The notes beneath the pieces are model-generated. The model had not been told where the DNA came from, did not search any database, and saw nothing but the letters and a program-made list of their open reading frames with translations. Below are positions 12,493 to 24,490 of a stretch of 64,000 nucleotides of DNA, one piece after another. This stretch comes from Carcharhinus amblyrhynchos (taxonomy: Eukaryota), in the NCBI GenBank assembly GCA_965287045.1, contig OZ336872.1:15066001-15130000 (forward strand), given 5' to 3'. Both the position numbers and the translations under genes were made by a program. Position 1 is the stretch's first letter. The number at the start of each line of letters is the position of its first letter.

Positions 12493-13875
12493 TTCGTGGA
12501 GTTTTTTGAGGAAATAACAATCAAGGTGGATAAAGGGGAAATCTGTAGATGTGATATACTCAGATTTTGAAAAGGCATTTCATAAGATATCATATCAAAG
12601 GTTACTGCACCAAATAAGGGCATGTGATGTTGGTGTTAACATAGTAGCATGGATAAAGGATTGGTTAACTAACAGGAAGGAGAGAGTGGGGATAAATGGG
12701 TAGTTTTTGGGTCGGCAAAGTGTAATTAGCGAAGTGCCACATGCCATTTACAATCTACCACCAGCGATTTAGATGAAGGGAGCAAATGTATGGTAGCTAA
12801 ATTTGCTGATGACACCAAGGTAAGCCCAAAGTTAGGTTGTCAAGAGGAAGTAGGGAGGCTGCAAAGGGATATTGGCAGAGGAAGTATAATGTGGGAAAAT
12901 GTGAACTTGTTTATTTTGACAGGGTGAATGGAAAAGTGGCTTACTATTTAAATGAAGAGAATTGCAGAACTCGGTGGTACAGAGAAGTTTTGGAACATGA
13001 ATCACAAAGTTAGTATGCAGGTACAACAAGTGATTAGGAAGGCAAACGTAATGCTGGTGTTTACTGCAAACGGAATGGGATATAAAAGTAGGGAAGTTTT
13101 ACTGTAACATACAGGGCATTGGTAAGACCATATAGTCATTGTCATTGAGGTTTATAGAATGGAAACAGGCACTTTGGTCCAACTTGTCCATGCCGCCCAG
13201 TTTTCCCCATTAGGCTAGTTCCAATTGCCCTCGTTTGGCCCGTAGCCTCTATACCAATCTTACCCATGTAACTGTCCAAATGCTTTTAAAAAGACAAAAT
13301 TATACCCACCTCTACTACTACCTCTGGCTACTCGTTCCAGACACTCTCAGACCTCTGAAAAAATTTCATCTGGAATAGTTTATATAGTTCTGGTCTCTTT
13401 ATTTGAGAAAGTATATAACTGCATTAGAAGTAGTTCAGAGAAAGTTCACTTGACTCATTCCTGGGATGAAGGGCTTATCCAATGAAGAAAAGTTGAACAA
13501 GTTGGGCCCATTTTCATTGAAGTTTACAGAGATGATCTCAAGATTCTTGGGGGACTTGACAGGATAGATATCAGGAATAAATTTCCACTCATGGGGAGAC
13601 TAGAAGTAGGGCAGTTTAAGAAAAGGCCTCCCTTTTAAAGCTGAGTTGAGAAGAAACCTTTTTTCTCAGGGGGCTGTTAGTATGAGGAATTCTTTCTCCC
13701 AGGGAGCAGTGGAGGCTGAGTTTATTCAAAGCAAAGTCAGATTTTTGATAGATGAGGGTGTCAAGGGTTACTGGGTCAGGCAGGAAAGTGCAGTTGAGAT
13801 CACAACCAGTATCAGCCATGATCTTACTGAATGGTGGATCAGGCTTGAAGTGCCAAATGGCTTACTGCTGCTCTT
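12493..13875 (+). mobile_element. CR1-type LINE, degenerate RT and 3' UTR
   Basis: gtagatgtgatatactcagattttgaaaaggcatt (VD.IY.DF.KAF), gctaaatttgctgatgacaccaag (KFADDTK), and a tail ending atcagccatgatcttactgaatgg. Confidence 0.85.
13136..13365 (-). mobile_element. CR1-like 3' tail fragment nested in the CR1 in opposite orientation
   Basis: atggaaacaggc...ccaacttgtccatgcc...aattgccc matches 22745-22922 and interrupts the host at its RPHLE-like motif. Confidence 0.65.
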
Positions 13876-14215
13876 CACCGAAGATGAGACCTATGTTCCC
13901 ATGAAGGGCAGAGACCTTCTGTACATTCCTCCAGTATAAGACAACTGCAAGAAAGATATGAAGGATAACAGAAATTGACACTGATTTCAGAGATGGTCGC
14001 TGTTGGCTATGATCTTTGGAGGCAGACTATGTAGAAGGGAGCTGAAAGAGCTGGCCAAGGGTATAGCCCAGAGAAATCAGGGGCCTGTGAACAGTGTGCC
14101 TTCTCAGCCCATAATCTTCCCTGACAGCAAATATGACAGAGAGCAGGGTCCCTGAGCCACACCAGGTGATGGTTAACAGAGTTGACCTCCATGGTGCAAA
14201 CTATCATATTATATC
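13876..14215 (+). mobile_element. RTE-clade LINE, C-terminal fragment
   Basis: Decayed peptide ..NCKKDMK..EIDTD..EMVAVGYDLWRQTM and a remnant Cys/His tail (PIIFPDSKYDR...LSHTR). Confidence 0.6.
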
Positions 14216-14404
14216 AGGCTACTACATTTTACAAAAAGGAGCTATAAAACCTCATCATGGCAATCATCAGGAATATTCCTACTTGTATAACACATGGAAA
14301 CTTAATTTCAGGAGTGAGGCATTAAAAACAATTTCTAATTAAACCTGGTCATTTCTTTTCTCTTGCATGTACCATCAAATCATATTTATGTATTGTGAGA
14401 CATA

Positions 14405-14530
14405 AGCAGGAAATTCTTATGGGATAAGGCAGGTGAGTGGGACTATATAGATTGCGCTTTCAGAAAGTTAGTGCAGACTTAATGGGTGGAATAGCCTCAA
14501 CATCTTCACTGTAAAGGTCCTGAGATTCTG
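14405..14530 (+). mobile_element. CR1-type 3' tail
   Basis: atgggataaggcaggtgagtggga...gtgcagacttaatgggtggaatagcct. Confidence 0.5.
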
Positions 14531-14615
14531 GATGATTCAATATGTAGATGACTACATATGTCATTTTCACACGACATCTGAAAATTGCTGTGATATAGTG
14601 AAATATCAGTGAGAT

Positions 14616-14805
14616 ATCTTAGCCAAGTGATGTGGAGATGCCGGTGTTGAACTGGGGTGAACAGGATGAGAGGTCGCACGACACCAGGTTATAGTCCAAC
14701 AGGTTTATTTGAAATCACAAGCTTTTGCAGCGGTGCTCCTTTTGTGATTTCAAGTAAACCTGTTGGTCTATAACCTGGTGTCGTGTGACCTCTCATCTTA
14801 GCCAA
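14616..14805. mobile_element. Penelope-type terminal fold-back with 56-bp inverted arms and an 11-bp flanking direct repeat
   Basis: Arms 14665-14720 and 14742-14797 differ at 3 positions; atcttagccaa occurs at 14616-14626 and 14795-14805. Confidence 0.75.
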
Positions 14806-15360
14806 CTGAAGCTAATCAACCATGAGTGGAGGAGATACAGGACAAAACATAATGAAATAGAATTTGTTTTAATGAAGCTTCAATAAATAATTCCATAAGT
14901 TAAATTCAACTGAGGTGGAAATAATTGTTTGCAGTGGATTTTACCAGTATCAGAACTACTACAGCCATACTTGGCCTACACTGAGGGTCATTTCAGGAAA
15001 TTCAGGAGTTCCAGCATAAGTTTTTCAACAGCAATGAATGATTATGTTTTTAAAATTCCATTCCAAATTTTTCTTTCAATATGAACAAGAGACCCTGTAA
15101 CAGGGCATAAATCAAGAGATAAATCTTTATGAGAAACTTCTAATGAATCCAACAGGCCAGAAGTATTGATAAGAACCATGTTGTAACAATTTCAAAGGCT
15201 TGACTAACCCTTATCAAATGTAATGTCTAGTCAATTTGTATAATAATTTTGCCAAAAGCTATTTTATACTCTGGTTTCATAATCCCTATTTTAAGTTTGG
15301 ATGGGTTTGCTTTGTTTCCTCATCAGATACACAGACAGATTCGTGACTCCAAACCTTGTC

Positions 15361-15363
<3 letters not shown>

Positions 15364-15390
<27 letters not shown>
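15364..15390 (+). repeat. (CT)n microsatellite
   Basis: About 13 CT units. Confidence 0.95.
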
Positions 15391-15394
<4 letters not shown>

Positions 15395-15619
15395 CCCTCA
15401 ACCCCCAACGGGGATTCTTGCTATTTTGTTCTCAATTCTGAATCAAATTTTGGCAAGATTAATGACTTAAATCAGACATGCATAAATTCAACTGGATGGA
15501 TCACAATGAGAATCATGCAGTAAAAAGACAGGGTAGGAATCACAGAAAAACAGAGAGAGAAAGATGTCACAAGGCTTATTTCAGCTTTTCTAATCTAAGT
15601 GAGATACTGGGATAACTAC

Positions 15620-15676
15620 CTCCGGTGAAAACGGCTCAGGCCTATGCACTGGGGAACTCTCAGGAGAGGAAATGTT
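15620..15676 (-). CDS. SETD5: SETD5 57-nt exon, probably a cassette (NISSPESSPVHRPEPFSPE)
   Basis: ttttcccttctcttag acceptor, GAG|gtagtt donor; phase 0/0; NISSPESSP follows PLQFE in KMT2E and long SETD5 isoforms. Confidence 0.88.
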
Positions 15677-18600
15677 CTAAGAGAAGGGAAAAGCATGTTA
15701 TTAGAACTCTACTCACAAGTTGGGTAAGCAAAAGCAAGAGAAAGCCACAGTCTTTTATTGTAAAACTGATTTAGTTACAAACAAACTCAAGGGGAAAAAA
15801 ATTGTATTTTATACAAATTCAAATGACTAGATAATGTTAAATGCACAAATAATTATACCAGTGACTGTACGATTTGACAATTTGCACTACACAGCTAAAT
15901 TCTAAAAAGGACCAATTTTTAGAATCTAAAACACTCCCATTTAAAAATCAAATGCTAGATCAGTTAAAAATGATTTACAATCTGAACATTCATGAATATT
16001 ATTTCTTATTAAGTCCTTTTTCTCACACTGTTCCCCAAACAAAAAGATCAGCCAGTTTTCCTCAGCTGACCCTTCCCTCCTGGTGAAGGAATTATAAAAA
16101 CAACAATTCATTTCAGAGGTTACGAAAGTAGAGTTGTGACTGGTGCCCAAGCCTGAAGGGCTTGACTCCACATCCTCTATACTCACTTCCATACATCACA
16201 GTAGTTGGTAGACTTGCAGTTGCTGATCCACTACTGTGCCAAGATATGATTTGACAACAGCAATTTACTATATATAGTGGAGCAACCAAAAAGATGGCGA
16301 GAGTTGACATATAGGGCATTGAGCACAAACACACAAGCTTAAAGACAGAATTTAGAGCTCAAGGGATAAAGACAACAGCCGTGAAAACAGCCTCTCAACA
16401 AAATAATTAGGGCAGCTGGTCAAAATGGCACGATCCAAATCATCATGCAAGTGTGTACTTTAGTAGAAAACAAAACTTAAATAACCATCGGTAATCAAGT
16501 TCAACTCTCCCATGCTGCAGCTTAATGAGGAAGATACTGCTTCATTTTATTCCTTTTCCATTACAGCTCAAAATAAAACCCTTTTCTCCATGTTTGTTTG
16601 TAAACCAAAGCACAACAAGAATAAAACAATAACTTGTGGCTTAATGTTAGGCTTTATTAAAATAAAATGACAATGCAAAACTAAACTGAAGTGTTTCTTG
16701 GTCTATGAGGAAGCATTAGAAGATTAAAAATGGCAATGTGTCAATATGCAGACCCCATAGAGTCTGTTGTGGCAAGCAAGTCAGAAGCTGGATGTGCACA
16801 ATTGCCAGATTAAAGCCATATGTTCCCAGGCTCGGTAATATACTGGGAAAGCCACAATGCCAAGAATTTTTCTCAGGCTCAGACATCACTATAACGTGCC
16901 TCATTTGTCTTAAGAGTTGTCTGAGGCAATTATAAACATATTCTGTAAAATAAGACCTGTTACCATTTCAATCATACCATTCTTTTTACAGCCATTAGTG
17001 ATGTGTTTTGGCTGGCTCACTCTGCAATGCAGTAACACATTTACAAAATGTTTTCCAGCCTCAAGAGTGCACCCTTTATTAGTTCAGAACTAATTCAAAT
17101 TGATGCTTATAGTATTTGAAAAAACAAGAAGCAATATCAAATGGAACTGGGAGAGGCAACATTGTAAAGACAAATGCTGGAACTTTTAATATCCACATAG
17201 CTCTGCTCCTTGAAGAATGCAATTAATTTCTAAAAGGAGGCACAGATCTGAGAAACATTTGATCTTTCAACATTCTTCCCCAATAAACTTTTCAGCAGAT
17301 GGGATAATGTTTTCAAGATGAGGTGCACTTGAATATTAAGATCCATTCTAGTCCAATATACATGTTATAGAAATTGAACGCTATCTTCCTGCCAGGATGT
17401 TCCAGGTACTAACCTATTGCTTCATCTTTCTCAAACTGCAGAATAAAAGTATTTAACGCAAACATTGCACGTACAAACATAGCAAAAACTTAAGTAATAA
17501 TAAGACAAAGTGTTCCAAACTAGTTCAATTGGTCTTGTATGTTCTCTTTATTTTGACCTCATTGCACTATTAAAAGGGTATTTTGAAGGTCATTTTGATT
17601 TATGAAGCTTAGAATGTTCTGTTAACACTAACTGATTTATGATAAAAACCCACACGATGCAAGAATATTAGTTAAGTTTGTAAAGTGTTTTGGTTGGCCC
17701 ATGTGAGAACCTAAGCAAATATACCCTATGGAACAATTTTCAAAATTGAAATATCAACAAAGATCAAGGGTCTACTCAGCAAATGGAAATAATTGAGTTA
17801 CACTGTCAAGAAAAGTTTAAACCAAAATTCTCTGAAACCAGTTGCAAAGTACAAACTCCACAAGTTTGACACCTTTTTTTTAAACTCAAACTTTTTCAAA
17901 GCAAAATGAAACTGTGAACTGAGGAAGCATTGTATTAGAACCTCTCAGAAAAATACACACATAACTATTAAATACATGATGTGTGTTACATATACCATAA
18001 ATATATTATGTACTGTCATTAAAATTAGAGGCTGTAACAAAGTTGGGGGCACATTGAGTAAACCTTAATAGGGACGTGATGGAAAATCATGTTCGGTGGT
18101 TCATGCCAGAAATAGGAATAGCCGCAACTGGCAACCTGGAAATCAAAAGCCATTAGTGGAGAGATAACACATGACCTGTGCTATCGGAATGAGGAATGAC
18201 ATCCTAAAGGAGAAAAAAGCCTACCTGCAGTGATCATCTCCTCATTATGTGTTGCTTAGAAAAAACAACTCTTAACATTAGTTAATGAAGACAGTAGCTC
18301 CTTCAGATTAGAGCCCACCAGACTGCAAATTTTAATATGCCAAATATTAAAAACTGAACATTCTAAGCACCAAACACTCAAGTACTAATTAGTGGCAAAC
18401 CCAAGAACAGTTTTGCATTGATTTCTGGAATTGAGACTCTTAGAGCACATCAACAGCCAATGACATTTTACATGGAATTAATCTAACTATTCTACATCAT
18501 CTTACAAAGTTAATTACTACATTGAATTTGAAAGATTTTGATGACATGAATTCTGGGGTTCATTTTATGCAAATCTTCCCCTAAGAACATGGGTGGCTCA

Positions 18601-19199
18601 TGCTGTATCAGAAGCACACTGTAGTGTGTGAACCTAGATAGTGAGTACTAGCAGACTTCTTGGCTCACTGCATAGCAATCATGGGTGGGAAACCTGACTG
18701 CTTTTCCCTCTTTCATTGCTAGATATCCTGAACAGAACTGTAATGCCAAAGCTCACAAATGAATGATGCACAAGCGAAAATATATTTTGGCAAGAAATCA
18801 ACATCTTCAAAAGATAAAAGGGAGAAATTGGATCATTTCTATTCTCAGGCTTTTGCCAATGGCATTTGTCACAAATTGCTTGGGAGATATTTGAAATTGG
18901 CAGGGTCTATCCAGTATGGGAGGATAACTGGCCACAGCTCCCTGTCACTGAGATCAGAAAGTAACATTTGCTGCCAATTTTCTATCATGCCTTACGTACC
19001 AACAGATTGTTACAATTTGCTTTACTAAAAAAGGGGGAAGGTTTAAGAACATAATGACCCTATAATTTCCAATTAATTTTTGAGAGTACATTCCACTTTT
19101 AGGCTACAGCTCAACATTGGAGAATTACTTTGTGGATGCAGAGTTCTTCTTTAGTTTATTACAAAACACTAAGGATTGGAAGAGCACAATTGATAGGCC

Positions 19200-19591
19200 T
19201 CTGGCCACACCTCAGCCAAGCATTCTTGTCTTCAAGTCAGAACTTAGTATGTTCAAGCCACTGCAGGCAAATACAGGCAGTGTAGCATGACGCAGTATTG
19301 GACTGAGGAAATGACAGGTTATCTTTCAGAGGATGCATTAAAACCAAGACCTCCTTCACCTCTTTAGGTAGATATAATAGCTCTCAAAGCAACATCTGCA
19401 GAGGTCAACACCTATGCTTCAACAAAAACCACTGAGACTGATTAACATGAACATTTGTAATATTTTGTGTACAAACTGGTTACCACATTCGCCTGCATAA
19501 ACCTGCTTAAAACCCATTCATTAGACATGTAGCACAAACATTGAGTTGTGCTGAGGATGCGAAAGGACTTACTCAGCAGAAGTTCTTTCTT
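19200..19591 (+). mobile_element. Highly degenerate DeuSINE
   Basis: atctttcagaggatgcattaaaaccaagac...tttaggtagatataa...ctgaggatgcgaaagg...agttctttctt follows the block order of the other DeuSINE copies. Confidence 0.5.
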
Positions 19592-21770
19592 CCTATGAGA
19601 ATATGGAGAAGATGATCACTCAAACTGAGAACTATCTTAATTTTTCATATACTGATTATCAGCTTCCTTGCATCTTGAACTATATTCTCAGAGACCTCTT
19701 CCACTGTGCCAGAATTTGAAATGTCAGTTAGTGTGTAATGGTTAGAAATTAGGAAATAGCTCCTAACAGCTTTAATGTCAGATTATAATTGGGGAGCTGT
19801 TATGTTCATTGAACAAAAATGAAAACTTAAATTCTAAAAATCATACAGTGGATCAAAAAGCCATTAATATTAGATGAGAACAGTAGCATTTCTGAAATAA
19901 TAAAACACTTCCGTTTTAAGGTATAGTTCAGCGTTACTTTACACTAAAAACTGTTCTTTGTTCCTTTTCTATATGCCAGCTTATAATGTTGATTGTCAAG
20001 ATATTGATAGAAAATTATTCTCATACATATTAGGAGCTGGCTGAAAATCTTCTGGTAATTGAGGTGGCCACGTGACTTGAAACAGCAGCAGAGCAAGTAA
20101 CATGCAATCACACCTGTAATCCTACACACACGGCATCTCAGATCTTGGTCACATCAACTGGAGACATGTCGAATGAAGCTTTGAGCTTCCTCCCCACAGG
20201 GAGACATTGAAGTAAATTAATCGACTAGGTAAGTGATTCTATGCCTTTGGACCACCAGGCATGCAGGTGGGAGCAAATGGCGTGTCAAAAGGTAAATTGG
20301 GACTAGGTTGGAGAAGAAATTCTGAAAGATTAATCAAATTGAAGAAATACATTGCAAGCACACAACAGGTTTTGTCAAACTGACTTCTAAGTCTTTTCCA
20401 CTCTCATTTCTTGTTTACCTCCAAAGATCCTGATACATGGAGTAAAGATACAACAACTGCATTACAAAAAATATAAACGTTTGTATTATTATGCAAGAGT
20501 AATGCTAACGTTGTATACTTCCAATACTAAAGTGAACGGAAGGTTTAGTCGATCGCCATTTCCTTTTATTGGTGCAATTTAGAATTCATACTTCAGAAGA
20601 CTCGCATTCATCTTTAATAGCCAAATCTATGTCAGTCAGTAAAACTTTGAACACTGGTTGAACTTTGGGGCACAGCTTTTTCTTGGGAGGGGGAAGAATT
20701 AGAGGTGGGACACAGGGAGGGGATGGCAGATGTGCAGTTAAAAGGAAACTGCACGGATGTGTGATTTTGTTGGGAAAGCAACTGCAGCTTTTTAAATCTT
20801 AGAAACATGTCACACAGTCTTGACAGCTTAACATTTTGAGTTTATTTTAAATAATCTATGCAGTTTATAGATTTAACCATACCCTGAATGAAACAACAGG
20901 GGAAATATTTGTTATTTACTATTGTCAAAAAAATTACAAACCAATGTTATCAATAAAGAAAAACTGAAATCTGTCCCCAGTGCGTTTTAGAATTTAATGT
21001 CTAACACCTAAAAATTCCAACATCGTCAGGACATTCTTGTTGACATTAAAGTATTTAAAAACTGTTCCAATGGTTAAACTCCTATATTTAGACACACATT
21101 ATAAGATAAAGGGCAGCAAAACATTTGATTTTTTTTCTCCCTTATTTGACTCAATTCATTTTGACTGTTAGCCATTTAACATTAAATTAAGACAAATAAT
21201 CCAAAAGGTTGTTTTGTTGTTTATGATCAACTTGCCTCTCTGCAATGCATTTGTCAGGTGCAACTAAACTGTTAATTAATTAAGACAGGTGTTTACTGTT
21301 GTCAAGATTAAGAACATAGCTAAAAGACAAAGACACATTTGTTTTGCACTATTAGTGCCCAAGTGCTTGGGAGTGCTACCGCAATTGCATGTATACATGC
21401 TTCGCCCCAGACACAAATCGAAACACAAATGTTTGCTGTCATAGTGCTAGCTCAGTTCTAAGACAAATACATTCATGCAATGTATGAATGTATTGCATAA
21501 CTATATATAACATACGATCTCTAGGCTTTGAAACTATTGGCACATCAAAATTAATCTTCATTTTGAAACAAATAACTCTTCTCATGCCTGAGCAATCCAA
21601 TTAAAAAAAAAACAGTAAGAATCAATATATTAAAGATCTTCTATTTTGAAAGCAAAGAGGTAGGTTTTGCTGGTGTCAAAGTGTATGTTTGTTCAGCTAG
21701 CATTAAACCTTGGTCCACCTACTTACATATAAATTATTTTCCAAAACTGCATAATTTTGTCAAACAAGGA

Positions 21771-22158
21771 GAGGCAGTGGTGAAGTGATATTGTCACTGT
21801 GCTAGTAACCCAGAGACCCAAGGTGATCCTCTGGGGTTCAGGATTTGAATCCCATTCTGGCAGATGGTGAAATTTGAATTCAACAAGAACCTGGAATTAT
21901 AAGTCCAATAAAGACCATGAACCCATTGTTGATTGTAGTAAAAACCTATCTGGTTCACTAATGGCCTTCCGGGAAGGAAATCTGTTACCCTTACCTGGTC
22001 TGGCCTACATATGACTCCAGACCCGCTGCAATGTGGTGGACTCTTAAATGTCCCCTGAGATGGCCTAGCAAACCACTCAGTTCAAGGGCAGTTAGGAATG
22101 GACAACAAATGCTGGCTTAGCCAGTGACATCAATGTCTCATGAACGAATTTTTAAAAA
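21771..22158 (+). mobile_element. tRNA-derived SINE (third family) with LINE-derived tail
   Basis: Head with B-box-like gatttgaatccc, core tctggttcactaatg...ggaaggaaatctg...tggcctacatatgactccag, tail aaatgctggcttagccagtgaca and an A-rich end. Confidence 0.8.
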
Positions 22159-22244
22159 GTTGAACTGTTTTATTTACTGAGATACACCAAAAAATTAATT
22201 TGCATTGTAAGCGTAGAAAACAGTCCCTTTATAGATATATTTAC

Positions 22245-22495
22245 CTCAAACTGTAGTGGGGTATTACATCGGCTAGCAGCATGGGAGTGAAGGGGAGAGT
22301 AAACTACGTTATATCCATTTTTCTTCTCCTCTTCTCCAGGAAACAAGGTGCAAGGCGTCATTACCGTTGGACTGGACATAACCGTATCTGTGACAGATGC
22401 AGGCGCTGATAGTGGACTACAAGGCCCAGGCAAATCAGCCACACTCACGTTTGACAGATACCGGGCCTTTCGCTTCTTCAGAGGCGCTATCAACT
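22245..22495 (-). CDS. SETD5: SETD5 coding exon, 251 nt (LIAPLKKRKARYL...ASRCNTPLQFE)
   Basis: attgtag acceptor, GAG|gtaaat donor; PLKK..RYL and SRCNTPLQFE motifs. Confidence 0.94.
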
Positions 22496-22744
22496 CTACA
22501 ATACAGAGAAGTTATCAAACAATCAAACTGCAAACAGGTACATTTTAAACAAGTTAAGTAGCCTGTGAACATTTTAAGACAGCAGAATCTGTTTTTCCAG
22601 TGCAGGGTCTATCAATGGTTCTGAGTTATTTCTATAAAGATCCAGTGTATTTTTCCAGATATATAGAATACAGATTAACATGCTTGTCACTTGCCTGCTT
22701 ATTAAAGGAAAATCAGACTCTGTTCTATTGTGTTTTGGATAGAG

Positions 22745-22922
22745 GTTTACAAAGATATAGAGTCATTGAGAAATACAGCATGGAAACAGGCCCTTTGACC
22801 CAACTGGTCCATGCTGACCATGGTGCCCTCCCAGCTAGTCCTAACTGCCCCCATTTGGCCCATTCTCCTCTAATCCTTTCTCATCCATCCCATCCAAATG
22901 CTTCTTAAATGTTGCTATTCTA
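22745..22922 (-). mobile_element. CR1-like 3' tail
   Basis: atagagtcattgagaaatacagcatggaaacaggccc; shared with 13136-13365 and about 44205-44250. Confidence 0.6.
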
Positions 22923-22960
22923 AGTTGACCTCAGTAATTTTCAAAATGATGCCCTTTACA

Positions 22961-23266
22961 TAGAAACCATAGAGTACAGAACAAGACCATTTGGTTTATC
23001 AAGTCTGCACTGACCACAATCCCACCTAGGCTCTATTCCTGTAACCCCAGATATTTACCCCACTGATCCCTCTAATCTACGCATCCCATAAATTTAGCAA
23101 ATGCACCTTTGGAGTGTGGGAGGAAACGGGAGCACCCAGAGGAAACCCACGCAGACATGGGGAGAACGTGCAAACTCCACACAGACAGTGACCCAAGCTG
23201 GGATTTGAACCCAGATCCCTGGAGCTGAGAGGCAGCAGTGCTAACCACTGTGCTTTCATGCCACCC
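22961..23266 (-). mobile_element. HE1-type V-SINE
   Basis: Full reverse head-V-tail structure. Confidence 0.85.
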
Positions 23267-23320
23267 ATTAATATTTTAATAATTAATATTTAATTAATTA
23301 ATATTTTAATAATACTAATT
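23267..23320. repeat. AT-only low-complexity tandem (attaatattttaat-like units)
   Basis: Visible imperfect tandem repeat. Confidence 0.8.
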
Positions 23321-23764
23321 CAATGTTTTGATCAATATTAAATTGGATGAATATTATTCAGACAAGTTAGTAAAAACAGAAGGACCCATTTGATTCAGTA
23401 CGAGCGACTAGTTGCGTTTATCCCATGTTCGCAATCTGACCTATCATGGGCGCTTCAACATATCCAGATATCGCTGGATTTCTTACATTTGGAGTTGAAA
23501 CAAGGATTTTGAAATAATACTGTTCATCAGAAACAACAGGATAGCTGTATCATGAAAAATATAACAACACAGAACCCATTTAAATTAAGACAATGCATAG
23601 GAAGGAATTGCTCACACTACAGAACACCAAATAAGTAAAAGGAAGTGGAAGGAACAATATGTAGGCAAAATATATGAAATGATACAAACACAGAATTATC
23701 ATGGAAGTAGAGTATTTACAGTGAATTCAAGACTCTATCTGACCTAATACGTAAGAATTCTAAC

Positions 23765-23990
23765 AAGAGAATAAGCTCTGCTAGCAATGAGAAATAAACT
23801 AAAATAAATAAGTTAAGTGTGACAGAACATCTAGGAAGTAGTGATCATGATAGAGTAATGTTTAAGATAATGATCGAGAAATATAGATTAGGAATAAAAT
23901 TGAACTTTGAGGCAATCAGGATGGAGTCTAGGGAGATCAACTGATTAAAAATATTGACTACATAGAACTGTGGGCAATATTTAAAAGAGG
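23765..23990 (+). mobile_element. Old CR1 endonuclease-region fragment
   Basis: gaacatctaggaagtagtgatcatgat translates as EHLGSSDHD, the APE-domain SDH motif. Confidence 0.6.
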
Positions 23991-24490
23991 ATCAGCAGTG
24001 GCCCGCTCAGCACAAATAGACCCTGCCTCCAGCTTTTGGAGTGATTCACGCTAGTGCAGTCACCAGTGCACACTGTGGGAGATTCATTTTGAAAATTTTC
24101 TGCTGAAAAAAAAGCGTGATTTACTTGTTTCCACACGAATTTGACACTTAGAATTTTTTGGAGAGAATGGCCTCCATATTGTTTTAATGCCTAATGTAAT
24201 CAGATAGCTTTGCCAATAATAACTGATTGGCATATAAAGAATGACTATTTGATGGTTGTGATGTTGGTCTGGGGTCACACCTTGGTCCACCATACAGTTC
24301 TTAATTTCAACCTTTTCTTTGCAAGTGAAGAAGGAAAAATCATAAAGAGGTCTTCCTTGGATACTTATTTGTATCTTCTGGAAACAACAGGCAGATAGGC
24401 ATATTGACAATTAGATGCCTGAACTGTGTGGAATGTATGCTGACTGGCTTTGCGCTATATGGTGAAAAAATAGTTATATTTTCCACCTAC

